NCBI GenBank assembly: GCA_964482725.1
Contig: CAYZYT010000001.1
Coordinates: forward strand, 270,912 to 334,911
Direction of reading: 5' to 3'
Source of the DNA: an uncultured bacterium
GTDB taxonomy: Bacteria > Omnitrophota > Omnitrophia > Omnitrophales > Aquincolibacteriaceae
DNA length: 64,000 nucleotides
Each line of letters opens with the position of its first letter. The stretch's first letter is position 1. Below, piece by piece: positions 38,278-48,900 of this stretch. The position numbers were made by a program, and so were the translations under genes. Below the pieces are notes generated by a model, which worked only from the letters and a program-made list of their open reading frames with translations, was not told the DNA's origin and made no database searches.

Positions 38278-39431
38278 TAGTGAGAGACCCACTTACAAAA
38301 CATACTCGTTACCAAACCAAGATAGGTGCCGACCACATTGCCGAGGATCCCGAGGAGCAAACCCACGGGCGCGAGGGCGGGTTCATAGGCTGCGGCCACG
38401 ATCGGCGCCGAGGCCGGACCGCCGATATTCGCCTGGCTCGCGGTCGCAACAAGGCAAAGCGGGATGCGCGCGACGCGGGACACGATCAAAAGAAATGCCG
38501 CGTGGATCAGCACCAGGACCACCCCGGCCACGATCAAAATCGGAGCCGAAAAGATCCCCGAAAGGCTGGCTCTTGCACCGATCGATGTAAGCACAAGGAA
38601 TAGGAAAAAATATCCGATCCGTGAAGCGCCATGAAACTCGAGTTTCCGGAGCGAGGTAAAGGAAAGAAGGATGCCGAAGGTTGAAGCAAAAATAATCGTC
38701 CAGGCAAAGGCCCCGTTTCCCACGATACCTGCCAGCCCATTCGAGAGCCAGGCGCCGCCAAACGCCACCGCAAGCATGAGCGGAAAATACAGGGAGCTGA
38801 AGTTATGGGCGCTCGCGTCAGCCCCCGCCGTCTTCCGGGCCAGATCCTCAACAACGCGAAGGTCAGAGCCATTCCACCTGTCATATTTTTTTTGAAAACC
38901 CTCAAGCAGGATCAAAAGCCCCATCCAGGAATACGCCACGACCGTATCCACCACGATCATCGGAAAAAAGATCGCATCCGGAGTCCGGATCGCCTCCTTC
39001 ACCGCGATCATGTTGGCACTCCCCCCGATCCAGGAGGCCGAAAGCGCCCCGAACCCCGACCAAGCATCGGCGGGCAGCCACGGTTTAAAAAGCATCACCA
39101 CAAGCGGTGCCCCCAGCATGATCCCGGCGCTCCCGGTGAACATCATGAGAAGCGCGGGCCGGCCGAGTTTCAGAATAGCCTTGATGTCCGTCGCGATCAA
39201 AAGCAGGATCAACCCTGCAGGAAGGACCGTACTCGTGATCTTCGGGTAGATCGCATGCTGTTGCGGAAGGATCCCCATCCCCGAAACGATCATGGGGAGA
39301 AAATAGATCCAGAAAAGTGGCGGCGGAAATCGAAAAAACCTTTTACACCCCGGACGTTCGGAAAGGAAAAGGATGACCCCTTCGATCAAAAGAAGCGCGC
39401 AAAGAATCCCGATCGAGCTTTGAATGATCAT
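38277..39431 (-). CDS. DUF819 family membrane protein
   Basis: Multi-TM; SWIGGSANM and ASQANIGGPASAP motifs. Confidence 0.85.
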   Translation of the reverse strand: MIIQSSIGILCALLLIEGVILFLSERPGCKRFFRFPPPLFWIYFLPMIVSGMGILPQQHAIYPKITSTVLPAGLILLLIATDIKAILKLGRPALLMMFTGSAGIMLGAPLVVMLFKPWLPADAWSGFGALSASWIGGSANMIAVKEAIRTPDAIFFPMIVVDTVVAYSWMGLLILLEGFQKKYDRWNGSDLRVVEDLARKTAGADASAHNFSSLYFPLMLAVAFGGAWLSNGLAGIVGNGAFAWTIIFASTFGILLSFTSLRKLEFHGASRIGYFFLFLVLTSIGARASLSGIFSAPILIVAGVVLVLIHAAFLLIVSRVARIPLCLVATASQANIGGPASAPIVAAAYEPALAPVGLLLGILGNVVGTYLGLVTSMFCKWVSH

Positions 39432-39434
39432 GCG

Positions 39435-39812
39435 CTAAAGGAACAAGGCTCTTATCTTCGGACGGGTGGAATAGATCAGCCACACCACGGGAAAGATCAC
39501 GAAGACCGAAACGCGGGGATGAAGCACGTTAAGAATCCGTTCCGCCAAAGTCGGTTCCGAAAAAATCCAGAACGTCCACACGAAATGGATCAGGTAAGAA
39601 CCCCACCCCAAAGCCGCCACGGCAAGCCCCCAGCTGAGCCAAAGGGCCCAGCGCTTGGACCTCCAAAGCCCCGCAAAACAGGCGATGATCGCCATAAAGA
39701 TCACAGCATTGAGAACCCCCTGTGCGACATCGCGCCAGTCGGTCATATCCACAAGTGCGTAGCCGAGGTACCCCGCGAACGCCATCCCCAAAATGAGCAT
39801 TATTTTTTTCAT
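39435..39812 (-). CDS. Small multi-TM hypothetical protein
   Basis: AGGAGG RBS, four hydrophobic segments. Confidence 0.65.
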   Translation of the reverse strand: MKKIMLILGMAFAGYLGYALVDMTDWRDVAQGVLNAVIFMAIIACFAGLWRSKRWALWLSWGLAVAALGWGSYLIHFVWTFWIFSEPTLAERILNVLHPRVSVFVIFPVVWLIYSTRPKIRALFL

Positions 39813-39840
39813 GCTATGCCTCCTTGAACTTGTTGAAATA

Positions 39841-40914
39841 TTAGGCCGGCACGATACCGATACCGGCTTTGACCTTTCGAAGATCATAAACACCTGAACG
39901 GGTGACAAAATGACCTCGCGTCACATGCTCCGCCATAAAAAAGGGTGCGTCCAGGTCAATAAAATCAAAACCTCCCAGGCCCGCCGCAAGATGCGCCGCC
40001 GCAGTGACCGCCAAGGGCGTTTCCATCATCGTTCCGATCATGAGCTTAAGGCCGGACTTCCTCGCCAACCGCGAGATCTCATACGCCTCCAGGATCCCGG
40101 TCTTCATGAATTTCACATTGATCGCGCCGGCCGCTTTCGTCTTGATGAGCCGCTTGGCATCATGCAGCGAGGAGACGCTCTCGTCCGCACAAACAAGCAC
40201 CTTACTTTCGCGCGTCACTTTCGCAAGCCCTTCCCAATCCTCCTTCGCCACCGGCTGTTCGACGAGCGCGGGAACGATCTTAAGCCATGCCAATTCTTTC
40301 AGGAATTTAAGCGTCTGCGCGGCCGTAAATCCCTGGTTCGCGTCAAGATAGAGCGGACATTTTCCGGCGATCCGGGCCACCGTCGCAACACGTTTGAGGT
40401 CCCGGTCGAAATCCCGGCCGATCTTCACTTTAAAGGAACGGATACCACGCCTCAGGATCTCACGCGTGGCGATCTCGGCCTCGCGAACATCCCCCAGAAC
40501 GACGGTCATATCAGTCGTGAGGCTTCGCGGCCTCGTTCCGAAAGCCCTCCAAAGCGGTATCTTCTTTTCACGCGTCACCGCGTCCAGAAGCGCCATTTCA
40601 AGCGCCGCTAGGGCACATTTATTCTGCGCGAATTTACTTTTAAATTCCTCCGCGATCTCCGGGAATTCCATAAGGCCACGGCCGGTGACCGTCCGCGCCG
40701 CTTCTTTTAGATTTTGAAGCGTTTCCGGAACGGTCTCGCCAGTGATATGCGTTGCAACGGCCGCCTCGCCGAATCCTCGGACACCGCTGGAAAGCTCCAG
40801 AGAGAAAAGCACATTCTCAAGCAGGTCATGCTGCCCTTTGGCCGTGCTGAAAGGGCGCACAAGTTTCGCGCGCCAGATCTTTGCGTTTGATTTTTTAATA
40901 AAAATATTTTTCAT
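39841..40914 (-). CDS. Dipeptide epimerase (L-Ala-D/L-Glu epimerase, enolase superfamily)
   Basis: KVKIG, DANQG, EQP, ADES, NVKFMKTG, DLD. Confidence 0.88.
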   Translation of the reverse strand: MKNIFIKKSNAKIWRAKLVRPFSTAKGQHDLLENVLFSLELSSGVRGFGEAAVATHITGETVPETLQNLKEAARTVTGRGLMEFPEIAEEFKSKFAQNKCALAALEMALLDAVTREKKIPLWRAFGTRPRSLTTDMTVVLGDVREAEIATREILRRGIRSFKVKIGRDFDRDLKRVATVARIAGKCPLYLDANQGFTAAQTLKFLKELAWLKIVPALVEQPVAKEDWEGLAKVTRESKVLVCADESVSSLHDAKRLIKTKAAGAINVKFMKTGILEAYEISRLARKSGLKLMIGTMMETPLAVTAAAHLAAGLGGFDFIDLDAPFFMAEHVTRGHFVTRSGVYDLRKVKAGIGIVPA

Positions 40915-41067
40915 GGAAGCTTGGATGGGATTCCCGTTTTAACGCCTGGTTTTAGGGTGGTTTTCGATGCCCGCAGGAGCTATACTACCCGAAACAAATC
41001 AGGAATTCGATAAGAACAAAAGAGTTCTTTCAACGTCGACGCTTTCGACTCTCTTAGGGGGTAAATT

Positions 41068-41409
41068 ATGAAAAAAATGCTTTTGATTCTCTGCGGTCTT
41101 CTCTTGGCCGGCACTCAGGCCTTCGCTCATTCGCCTACGGATATCAAGATCCAATTCGATAATAAGACGAAAGTCCTGACCGCGATCATCGAGCATCGCG
41201 TCACCGACCCCAAAAGCCATTTCATCAAAAGGATCGCTGTCGGATTGAACGGCAAAGAGATCATGGCATTTCCCTTCAGGGGGCAGGAGACAAACACCCA
41301 CCAGACCATCAAGTTCGCGATCCCTCAAGCTAAAAAGGGCGACACCTTGAGCGTGGAAGGAGACTGTGGCCTGAACGGAAAACTAGAGAAGAAGATCAAA
41401 ATCGCTTAG
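41068..41409 (+). CDS. Secreted small protein with His/Cys pattern (desulfoferrodoxin-like fold suspected)
   Basis: Signal peptide AFA|HSP; H..V....HFI; C-terminal CGLNG. Confidence 0.55.
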   Translation: MKKMLLILCGLLLAGTQAFAHSPTDIKIQFDNKTKVLTAIIEHRVTDPKSHFIKRIAVGLNGKEIMAFPFRGQETNTHQTIKFAIPQAKKGDTLSVEGDCGLNGKLEKKIKIA

Positions 41410-41411
41410 CC

Positions 41412-42689
41412 ATGAAAAAGTTTTTCCTTAAGGGGAATGCGGTTATCGGACAGTCCGGCGGGTGCACCGCCGTGATCAATCAAAGCCTCGCGGGCGTGGT
41501 CGCGGCCGCACGCGCTTCCAAACACATCACCGGCATCCTGGGTTCGCGTCACGGAATCGAAGGAATCCTGAACCGTTCTTTTATCGATCTCCGGACGAAG
41601 TCCCCTCAACTCATGCGGGGCATCGCGGAATCCCCTTCGGCGGCGCTCGGCTCCTCCCGCTACAAACTCAAACCCGGAGATGACCACAAGATCGTCGCGA
41701 GCCTCCGGGAGCACAATATCCGCTACGTGTTCCTGATCGGAGGAAATGATACCGCCAACACGAGCCTCCAGATCGCGCGCGCCGCGGAAAAAGATCACTA
41801 CGAGCTCCGGGTCATCCATATCCCAAAGACCATCGATAACGACCTGGTCGAGACCGACCATTGCCCCGGCTATGGCTCTGTCGCGCGCTTCGCGGCCATC
41901 ACCACGCAGGAAGCAGCCCTCGACACCAAGGCCATGAAGAATGTCGACCCCGTGAAGATCATCGAACTCATGGGAAGGAATTCCGGCTGGATCGTCGCGG
42001 CCTCGGCCCTTCTCAAAAAATCGCCCGAGGACGCGCCCCACATCCTTCTCATCCCGGAAGTCCCGTTCGATGAAACCGCTTTCATCAAAAAAACCGAAGC
42101 CGTCCTCCAATCAGTCGGCTACTGCATCATCGTGATCTCGGAAACGATCCGCGATTACGGAGGGAACCGCATCGGCCGAAAAACCGAAGGCGTCACCGCG
42201 GACCCGTTCGGACATCATTATGTGGAAGGTGCCTCCGCGCGCCTCGCAAGCATTCTTGAAAAACGATTGAAGGTGCGAGCGCGTTTTGATAAACCCGGCA
42301 CGATCCAGCGCATGTCGATGGGCTATATCTCCGAGGTGGATCAAAAAGAAGCTTATCAGGCAGGTGTCCATGCTGTGCAATGGGCGCTCCAAGGCATGAC
42401 ACGGGTCATGGTGGGATTTGATAGAAAGCCGGGCGTGCCCAATTCTCCATCAAAAAATTCAACGGTCAATTGGGCTCGTCCTGGCAACCTTAAGTCAAAA
42501 GAAAAAAAATGCCAGGGCGAGAAATACGTTATCAGTTACAAGCCCGTGCCCCTCGAAAAGATCCCGAACAATGAGCGCGACCTCCCGGCAGGATTTTTCG
42601 ACAAGAAAAAAGGGATGATCACGCCGGCCTTCGTGAATTACGCCCTGCCCCTTCTCGGGAAAAACCTCCCAGAATTCCCCTCGTTGTAA
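41412..42689 (+). CDS. pfkA: 6-phosphofructokinase (PPi-dependent type) with a ~28-aa in-frame insertion
   Basis: QSGG, GSSR, IGGNDT, PKTIDND, ELMGRNSGW, DPFGH. Confidence 0.9.
   Translation: MKKFFLKGNAVIGQSGGCTAVINQSLAGVVAAARASKHITGILGSRHGIEGILNRSFIDLRTKSPQLMRGIAESPSAALGSSRYKLKPGDDHKIVASLREHNIRYVFLIGGNDTANTSLQIARAAEKDHYELRVIHIPKTIDNDLVETDHCPGYGSVARFAAITTQEAALDTKAMKNVDPVKIIELMGRNSGWIVAASALLKKSPEDAPHILLIPEVPFDETAFIKKTEAVLQSVGYCIIVISETIRDYGGNRIGRKTEGVTADPFGHHYVEGASARLASILEKRLKVRARFDKPGTIQRMSMGYISEVDQKEAYQAGVHAVQWALQGMTRVMVGFDRKPGVPNSPSKNSTVNWARPGNLKSKEKKCQGEKYVISYKPVPLEKIPNNERDLPAGFFDKKKGMITPAFVNYALPLLGKNLPEFPSL
42432..42521 (+). repeat. Two-hairpin dispersed element, copy D (in frame in pfkA)
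   Basis: GCCCAATT-N23-AATTGGGC then CTCGTCCTGGCA-N23-TGCCAGGGCGAG (the stems share one C). Confidence 0.88.
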
Positions 42690-42750
42690 AAAAAATTACC
42701 GGACACCGTCCGGTAAGCAGGGACAATCTTCGATTCCCTCCAAGATCAAC

Positions 42751-42947
42751 AGGGACAGGTCTGCTTTGCACTCCTAGACCAGTCCCTAAAAAAAAGTGAC
42801 AGTCACCAGTAAAAGTGACTGCCACCAACAATGTTAGGCCTGTTCGAAGTCAACAGGGACAGGTCTGCATTGCACTCCTAGACCAGTCCCTTATTCCCTC
42901 CAAGACCAACAGGGACAGGTCTGTTATTCCTTCCAAGACCTGTCCCT
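42751..42947. repeat. Three 37-bp AGGGACAGGTCT...AGACCWGTCCCT palindromes plus GTGACAGTCAC units
   Basis: Copies at 42751, 42855, 42911; same family at 51537, 51593, 51649, 53823. Confidence 0.85.
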
Positions 42948-42961
42948 GAAAAAACGAGGTG

Positions 42962-45900
42962 CTAGAAATCGTACCGAACGGTGCCGTAATAGGTATTGCT
43001 CATGTACTGGTCCTTGAGCTCGATATCCCAATTCCCGGTCATCGTCATGTTCCCTTTATTCAGAAACGCGAGTTCCGCGCCGAAGAGCATCCCGCTCTTC
43101 GCCGGCTTGGCGCCCTGGGTGTTGAAGGAACTCCCGCCGCCCGCAAAACTGGCCGTCGTTTCGAACCGGTCTCCAATATAATCATAGAGCCAGGCCGCCT
43201 TCGCAGAAGGAATGAACGTCCCGACCTTCTTCGCGACCAAGGGATACGCCAGCTTCGTCCCAAGCCCCTGCTCCAGCTGATGGAACCCTTCCCCATTCAC
43301 GGTCAGATTCAGCGAATCCGCGCCCTTTTCCTTATACTTGTTCATGTAAAGATAGTTGTAGCCCAACGACACGAACGGCGTCACCTCCAGTGCCTTCGTC
43401 TTCTCGAAAACGAACTTATAGCCCGTCTCGAAATTCGTCGAATACTGCTGGCCCGCATGGTCCGCTTTCGCGACGCGCCCCGAAGTCGGCGTCACCCAGA
43501 TCTCGCGCCGGCTTTCGTAATCATTTTGCGTGAAAGCCGCCATCCCGTCCACATACCACGAATTCTCGACTTGGCTGCGCACCGCTTCATACGACCTTTT
43601 CCCGCTCTGGCGTGCCTTGTTGAGATCCAGCGAATCGAAACTCCCGTAGATCGTCGCCTGATAACTATTGATATCATCCGAGGGACTCCCCGCGGTCTTC
43701 GATTTCACACGCGCCCAGCCAAAACTCCCCGCGAAACCCGCACGGAAATGATCATCCAGCACTTTATCCGCGCCGACGGTCGTCCCGAACAGATTCCCCA
43801 TGTAGCCTTCGATCCCTTTGCGCGCGTCCTGCTTGATGTGACTCCCAAGCGCCTGCATCCAGACACCGACCCCGTCGAGCCTTTCTCCGCTTGAAACGCC
43901 GGAACCCGAACCCCCGCCGTTACGCGCGCCGCCCAACCGGTTGCCGATCGTCGTGAATCCCTGACTCGTCAGTGAACGGCTCCCCTCCGCCGCCCCCGAA
44001 CTCACGTCAGGATGCATCGTGTCCAACGCCTCGTTATATTCAGAATCCGAGAGTCCGCCCAGCATGTCCAGAACATTGTTCATATCGAACCCCGGATTGG
44101 TAATCCCGGCAAGAACCCCGGCCACTGCCGCGGCGTTGCCTGACGCTCCCGGAGCAGGCGCGAAATCGTTGGACGAAGTCAACACCAGATCCCCGCTATC
44201 CTCGCTTGCCGCAAACTTATAACGACGCGTACTGCTCGTGGTCGTCGGAACAATGTTGCCGACGCCGAAACTGCTCGCATCGATGACCGTGAATTCCGTA
44301 CCTGGCATGATCGAAAGCCCGGAATTAACCGTCACATGGACTTTGCTCCCGGCTTCCAACGTCGTCTTATCTCCCTCAATAACGAGACCGTTCTGATCGG
44401 CACTGGCACCATAAATGGTCAGCCCCAGGGTCCCACCTTTTAGATTAAATTCTTCTCCGACATTCAAGGTGTTCTCACCGACCGTCACATTGTAGGTATG
44501 AAGATCCCCAGTGATCGTCGCATCAGAATTCCCCGTAAGATTCACTGCTTTCGGAGCACCGCTACTGCCTCCAACGTCCCCGGTAAGGATAGTGGCGCCT
44601 TCAAAAATCAGCGTCCCGGTGCCGTCAGTGAGCATTGAAACGTTAGCAGTAATGTTATATCCGCCAGCCATTTTCACAAAACCGTCGCCATTAAAGTAAA
44701 GCGCGTCAGTTGCCGTCAGATCTCCGTTCATTTGCAACGTCCCGGTCCCCACCACAGCATCATAGGCATAAATATCGCCGTTGACCGCGGCATCCTCTCC
44801 GTTGAAATAAACCAACTTAAGAACCTCGCTGTCTGTACCTATATCTCCATTAACGGTAGCATTGGCGTTAAAGGTCACGCTCCCATAGATGTTCCAATCG
44901 GTTTTGATGCCGTTACTCTCCTCTGAGGGAGCCTCGGCCTTCCCAATCGTCGCGTTATCGTTGAACGTGACCTCTGGATTTGTACGCTCCTCCGCACCGT
45001 GCGGGCTGGATTTCAACCTCAGATAATCGAGATAAACATCCGCGTTGAAAGTCGTGTCCTTGTGGACGCTTACGGTGGAAAGATACGCATCGCTCGAGCC
45101 TACTTGTCCCTCCACGGTCGCGCTTTCCTTAAAAACGACTTTCCCGAGGTCTGCCCCTTCGCTCGTGATCGTAATACCACCGTCCCCGATAGAAGCGTCG
45201 CCATAAAATACGACGGAGGTGCTGGCGCCACTCCCGGTAAAATTCAAACTGTCAACATAGACGTCATAAACAGGGGCATCTACGGTATCGATATCGTTTC
45301 CAAGGTGAACTGTATGCCCCCCCTCAGTAACATTGATCGCCTTAAGATATTTCCCGGAGATGTCCCCATCCGCAGCTTCGCCGATCTGTTTTGTCACAAC
45401 GCCATCGCCGCTGAAAGTAAGCGTTCCCTGACCGTCATGCTGGGTCTTGATTGGATGATAGATCCATTCATTGTCTCCCAAGATCACTTCCCCGTCGTCC
45501 GTGAAGATCAAGGTTGAGTTCGGTGTGCCAGGCTCATAAAACGACCCGTTTAATTCCAAAGTCCCGGCGCCAACGTACATATCGGTCGCATAAACATCGC
45601 CGGTGATCGCGACTGTCGTGAGCGAACCCCCTTGCAGATCGATAAGCTTCAACGCATCCGTGCCATTACCGATCTGCCCATCGACCGTGCCATACCCTTC
45701 GAAAGTCAGGGTGCCTTCATTATCGTTTTGGGAAGTGATATTAGAAGTGATGGTATGACCATCTTCCAAAATCACTTCGCCGTCATCGGTAAAAGTAAGC
45801 GTTTCTTCGGATGTTGTGGTCAGATCGCCGTTCATCTGCAAGATTCCGGCTCCAACGTAAACGTCATTCGCCCAAAGGTTACCATTGATCGTGACCGTCG

Positions 45901-48900
45901 TCCCCTTGGCGCCATCGATGTTCACTTCACTTAAAGCCGCATCACTCGTACCAATAGCATCCTGGTAAGCGTCTTCAATAAGCTCTCCTGTAACCGTGGC
46001 GTTGCCGTTAAAATTCACGATCCCATAGCCGTCGTACTCGGTCGTGATGCCGCTTTCCCCGATATAGGCGTCCGCATTAAATGTGGCTTCTGCGTCTTCC
46101 CTCGTGCTGCTGAATTTCAACTCATCCACATAAACATCACTATTAAAAGTCGTTTGGCGATCCGCGCGTATCCTGCCAAGATATGCATCAGCTGCGCCGA
46201 CCTGGCCGTCAATGGTCGCATCGCGCTTAAAAGCGACGATCCCATGCCCGGCCCAATCAGTCGTAATACCACCTTCCCCGATATAAACCACCGCTGCGTC
46301 CTTGAACGTAACCGTTGAATCGTCCCCGGGGCCTCCCATTCCTTCAAATGCCAACTCCTCAATATAAACAGGGCTATATAACTTGACGTCATAATTACTG
46401 TCAGCAGCCTGTGTAACAATAATCTTGGAAAGGGACGCTCCCTCCTCGCCAACCTGCCCGGTAACTTCACCATCCCCTTCAAAAGTCAGCGTACCCTGGC
46501 CGGAAGCAGTGACGTTTCCGTCAATATCAACGCCATTGGCCAATTTCAATACGGCATCACCCGAAAAGTTGTACAGGGGTGAATCCTGGGTCGCGGTCAG
46601 ATAAAGCGTCCCGGCATTGATCGTGGTCCTCCCGCTGTAAGTATTCTCATTGGTGAAGACCACTTCGCCCGTACCGGACTTGGTGAGCGAACAAGAAAGT
46701 GAGTCCGTGTCGTAATCTTCAATGAGGGAATTGACAGTGAACGTGCTGCCTGAAAAATTGGTCAGGATCAACTCCCCGCCGTCGGTAGCCGCGGTCAAAG
46801 TCCCGACCCCGCCCTCGGATCCCGTGTCACCCAACGTCAGGGCGGTCGAGAGAGAACCTGCGAGAATGCCGCTTGTTTGCAACGTGTAGCCATCAAAGTC
46901 GACTGTCACCGGTGCATCTTCGGCGCTCTGGTTGAGCGTGTTGATGGGGGTCAGATCATCAAGAATGTACGCTCCGCCCTCGGTGATTTGGACATTACTG
47001 GTCGCATCACTAGGGCCGATGGGGGTGTAGCCCGTGTACGCCACGATATTGCCGTCTTCATCGACAGTCGCCCAATCTGTGCCATCTACGGTGGCCCAAG
47101 CGCCGAGGATGCCGTTGACATTTTCCCGGGTGGTCATGATCGAGTTGTACTCATCATCTTGTGTCCCGACAAAATTGATCGTCGCGCCTGTGTTGCGTTC
47201 GATATTTCCAAGATCTAAGCCGAGAGAATTTTCATCGTTCGAAAGCTCTATCGTCGAAGCGCCACTATTGAGTCTCAATCCGTCGAAATCCTGATAATTA
47301 TTGTCAGAAGATGATCCCGTGAGAAGCAGCTTTCCACCCCAGAGCCCTAAGGATGACTCCGCAGAAATGATGTCAACATTCGTAGCCGCCGTCGCGAAAT
47401 CCAGATTCAGCGTGCCCGCGACGAGTCGTGTGTCACCGGTATATTCGTTGCTACCGCTTAAAGTGAGCTCTCCCTCGCCATATTTCCCAAGATTATAAAC
47501 CCCGATGATGCCACCGCTGATCGTTAGAGTACTGCCGCTATCCACCTCAATCCCAGCATTGCCGGCAAGCATGATATCTCCAGCCCAGCTGTTGTCCCCG
47601 CTTGCACTATAAAGAGCTCCCTTGGAAAGATCCGAGGGACCGTCCAGCGTCAATGCCACATCGCCAATAACGATATCGTCTCCACCGTTGCTGTCGAGCT
47701 TGAGAATGCCGCCGTCAGCAACCTCAACGCTGTCGGTCTCTCCTAAAGCGTTGCTGTTAGTGATCGTGAGGGTGCCTTCATTTATATAGGTCGCGCCGGT
47801 GTAGCTGTTCTCGCCGTTCAAGATCACTTCCCCGACGCCGGACTTGACCAGGGATGAAGACGCGACCGGATCCGTCCATTCATCGATAGAAGCATTGATC
47901 GTGAGATTCCCGAGAGTGCTGTTATTGATAAGGACTATTTCGCCATTCTCCGTTGCGGCATACAGGGAACTGTCATCTGGTTCCACGCCTAGCGTCAGCG
48001 AACCCATGCCCTCACCAATCATGATGCCATTGACATCAAGAGCCTTTTCGTCTCCTGACGCTATGTCAACAGTCGCTGCGGCTGCTGTATTTTGCAAGAG
48101 AGTATTGATCGTGAACCAATCACTCGGATCCGTAGTCGCTCCCAAAGTGATTGGCGCGCCCGCCTCCCCCGCAGCAGTATTGATTCGAACATTCGTGTTC
48201 GCTCCGTCGGTGATCACACTGCCATAGGCATCGATGTCCGTATAGTCGGTGTAGGCCGTGATATTCGTTTCATCACCATTGGATGAACCAACTGCCCAGT
48301 CGGTCCCGCCGACAGTGGCCCACGCGCCCAGAATGCCGCTTGCAAGGTTTTCCGTGGTGGTGGTCGCGATATTTTCCGCTCCAAAGTTAATCACACCACC
48401 GGTCCGGATAATTCCGTTCATTCGGAGGGTCGTTCCTTCGCCACCATCGTCAATGGTCTGAATGATATTGTTGGCGCCGCCGGTGATCCTGACCGATGCA
48501 ACAGCTTCCACGTATTCGCCGTTGTGGAGCTCAAGCGTACCCCCGCTCATCCACAGATCGCTCCCGGACAATTTCGAAGTCTCGTAGTCGCTATAATCCA
48601 GCTTAAGCGTGCCAGCTTCCAACCAGGAGTTGGCTCCGAAGCTGATATTTTCGCCGCTTAATGTAAACGTTCCCACATCAGCTTGATCAATTTCGCCCTC
48701 GATATCGATGTTTCCAGAAATAAGGGTTTCGCCGGAACCCCAAACGCCCAAAGAATTATTTCCCGAGATATCACCCGTGAGTCTAAGAGTGCTTCCGTAG
48801 TCGGCGCCCACCCACGATGCGACATCCACACCGTCCAACGATATATTGCCAGTCCAGCTGTTGTCCCCACTTGCGCTCCAAAGGGCTGCCCCGTCTACGG

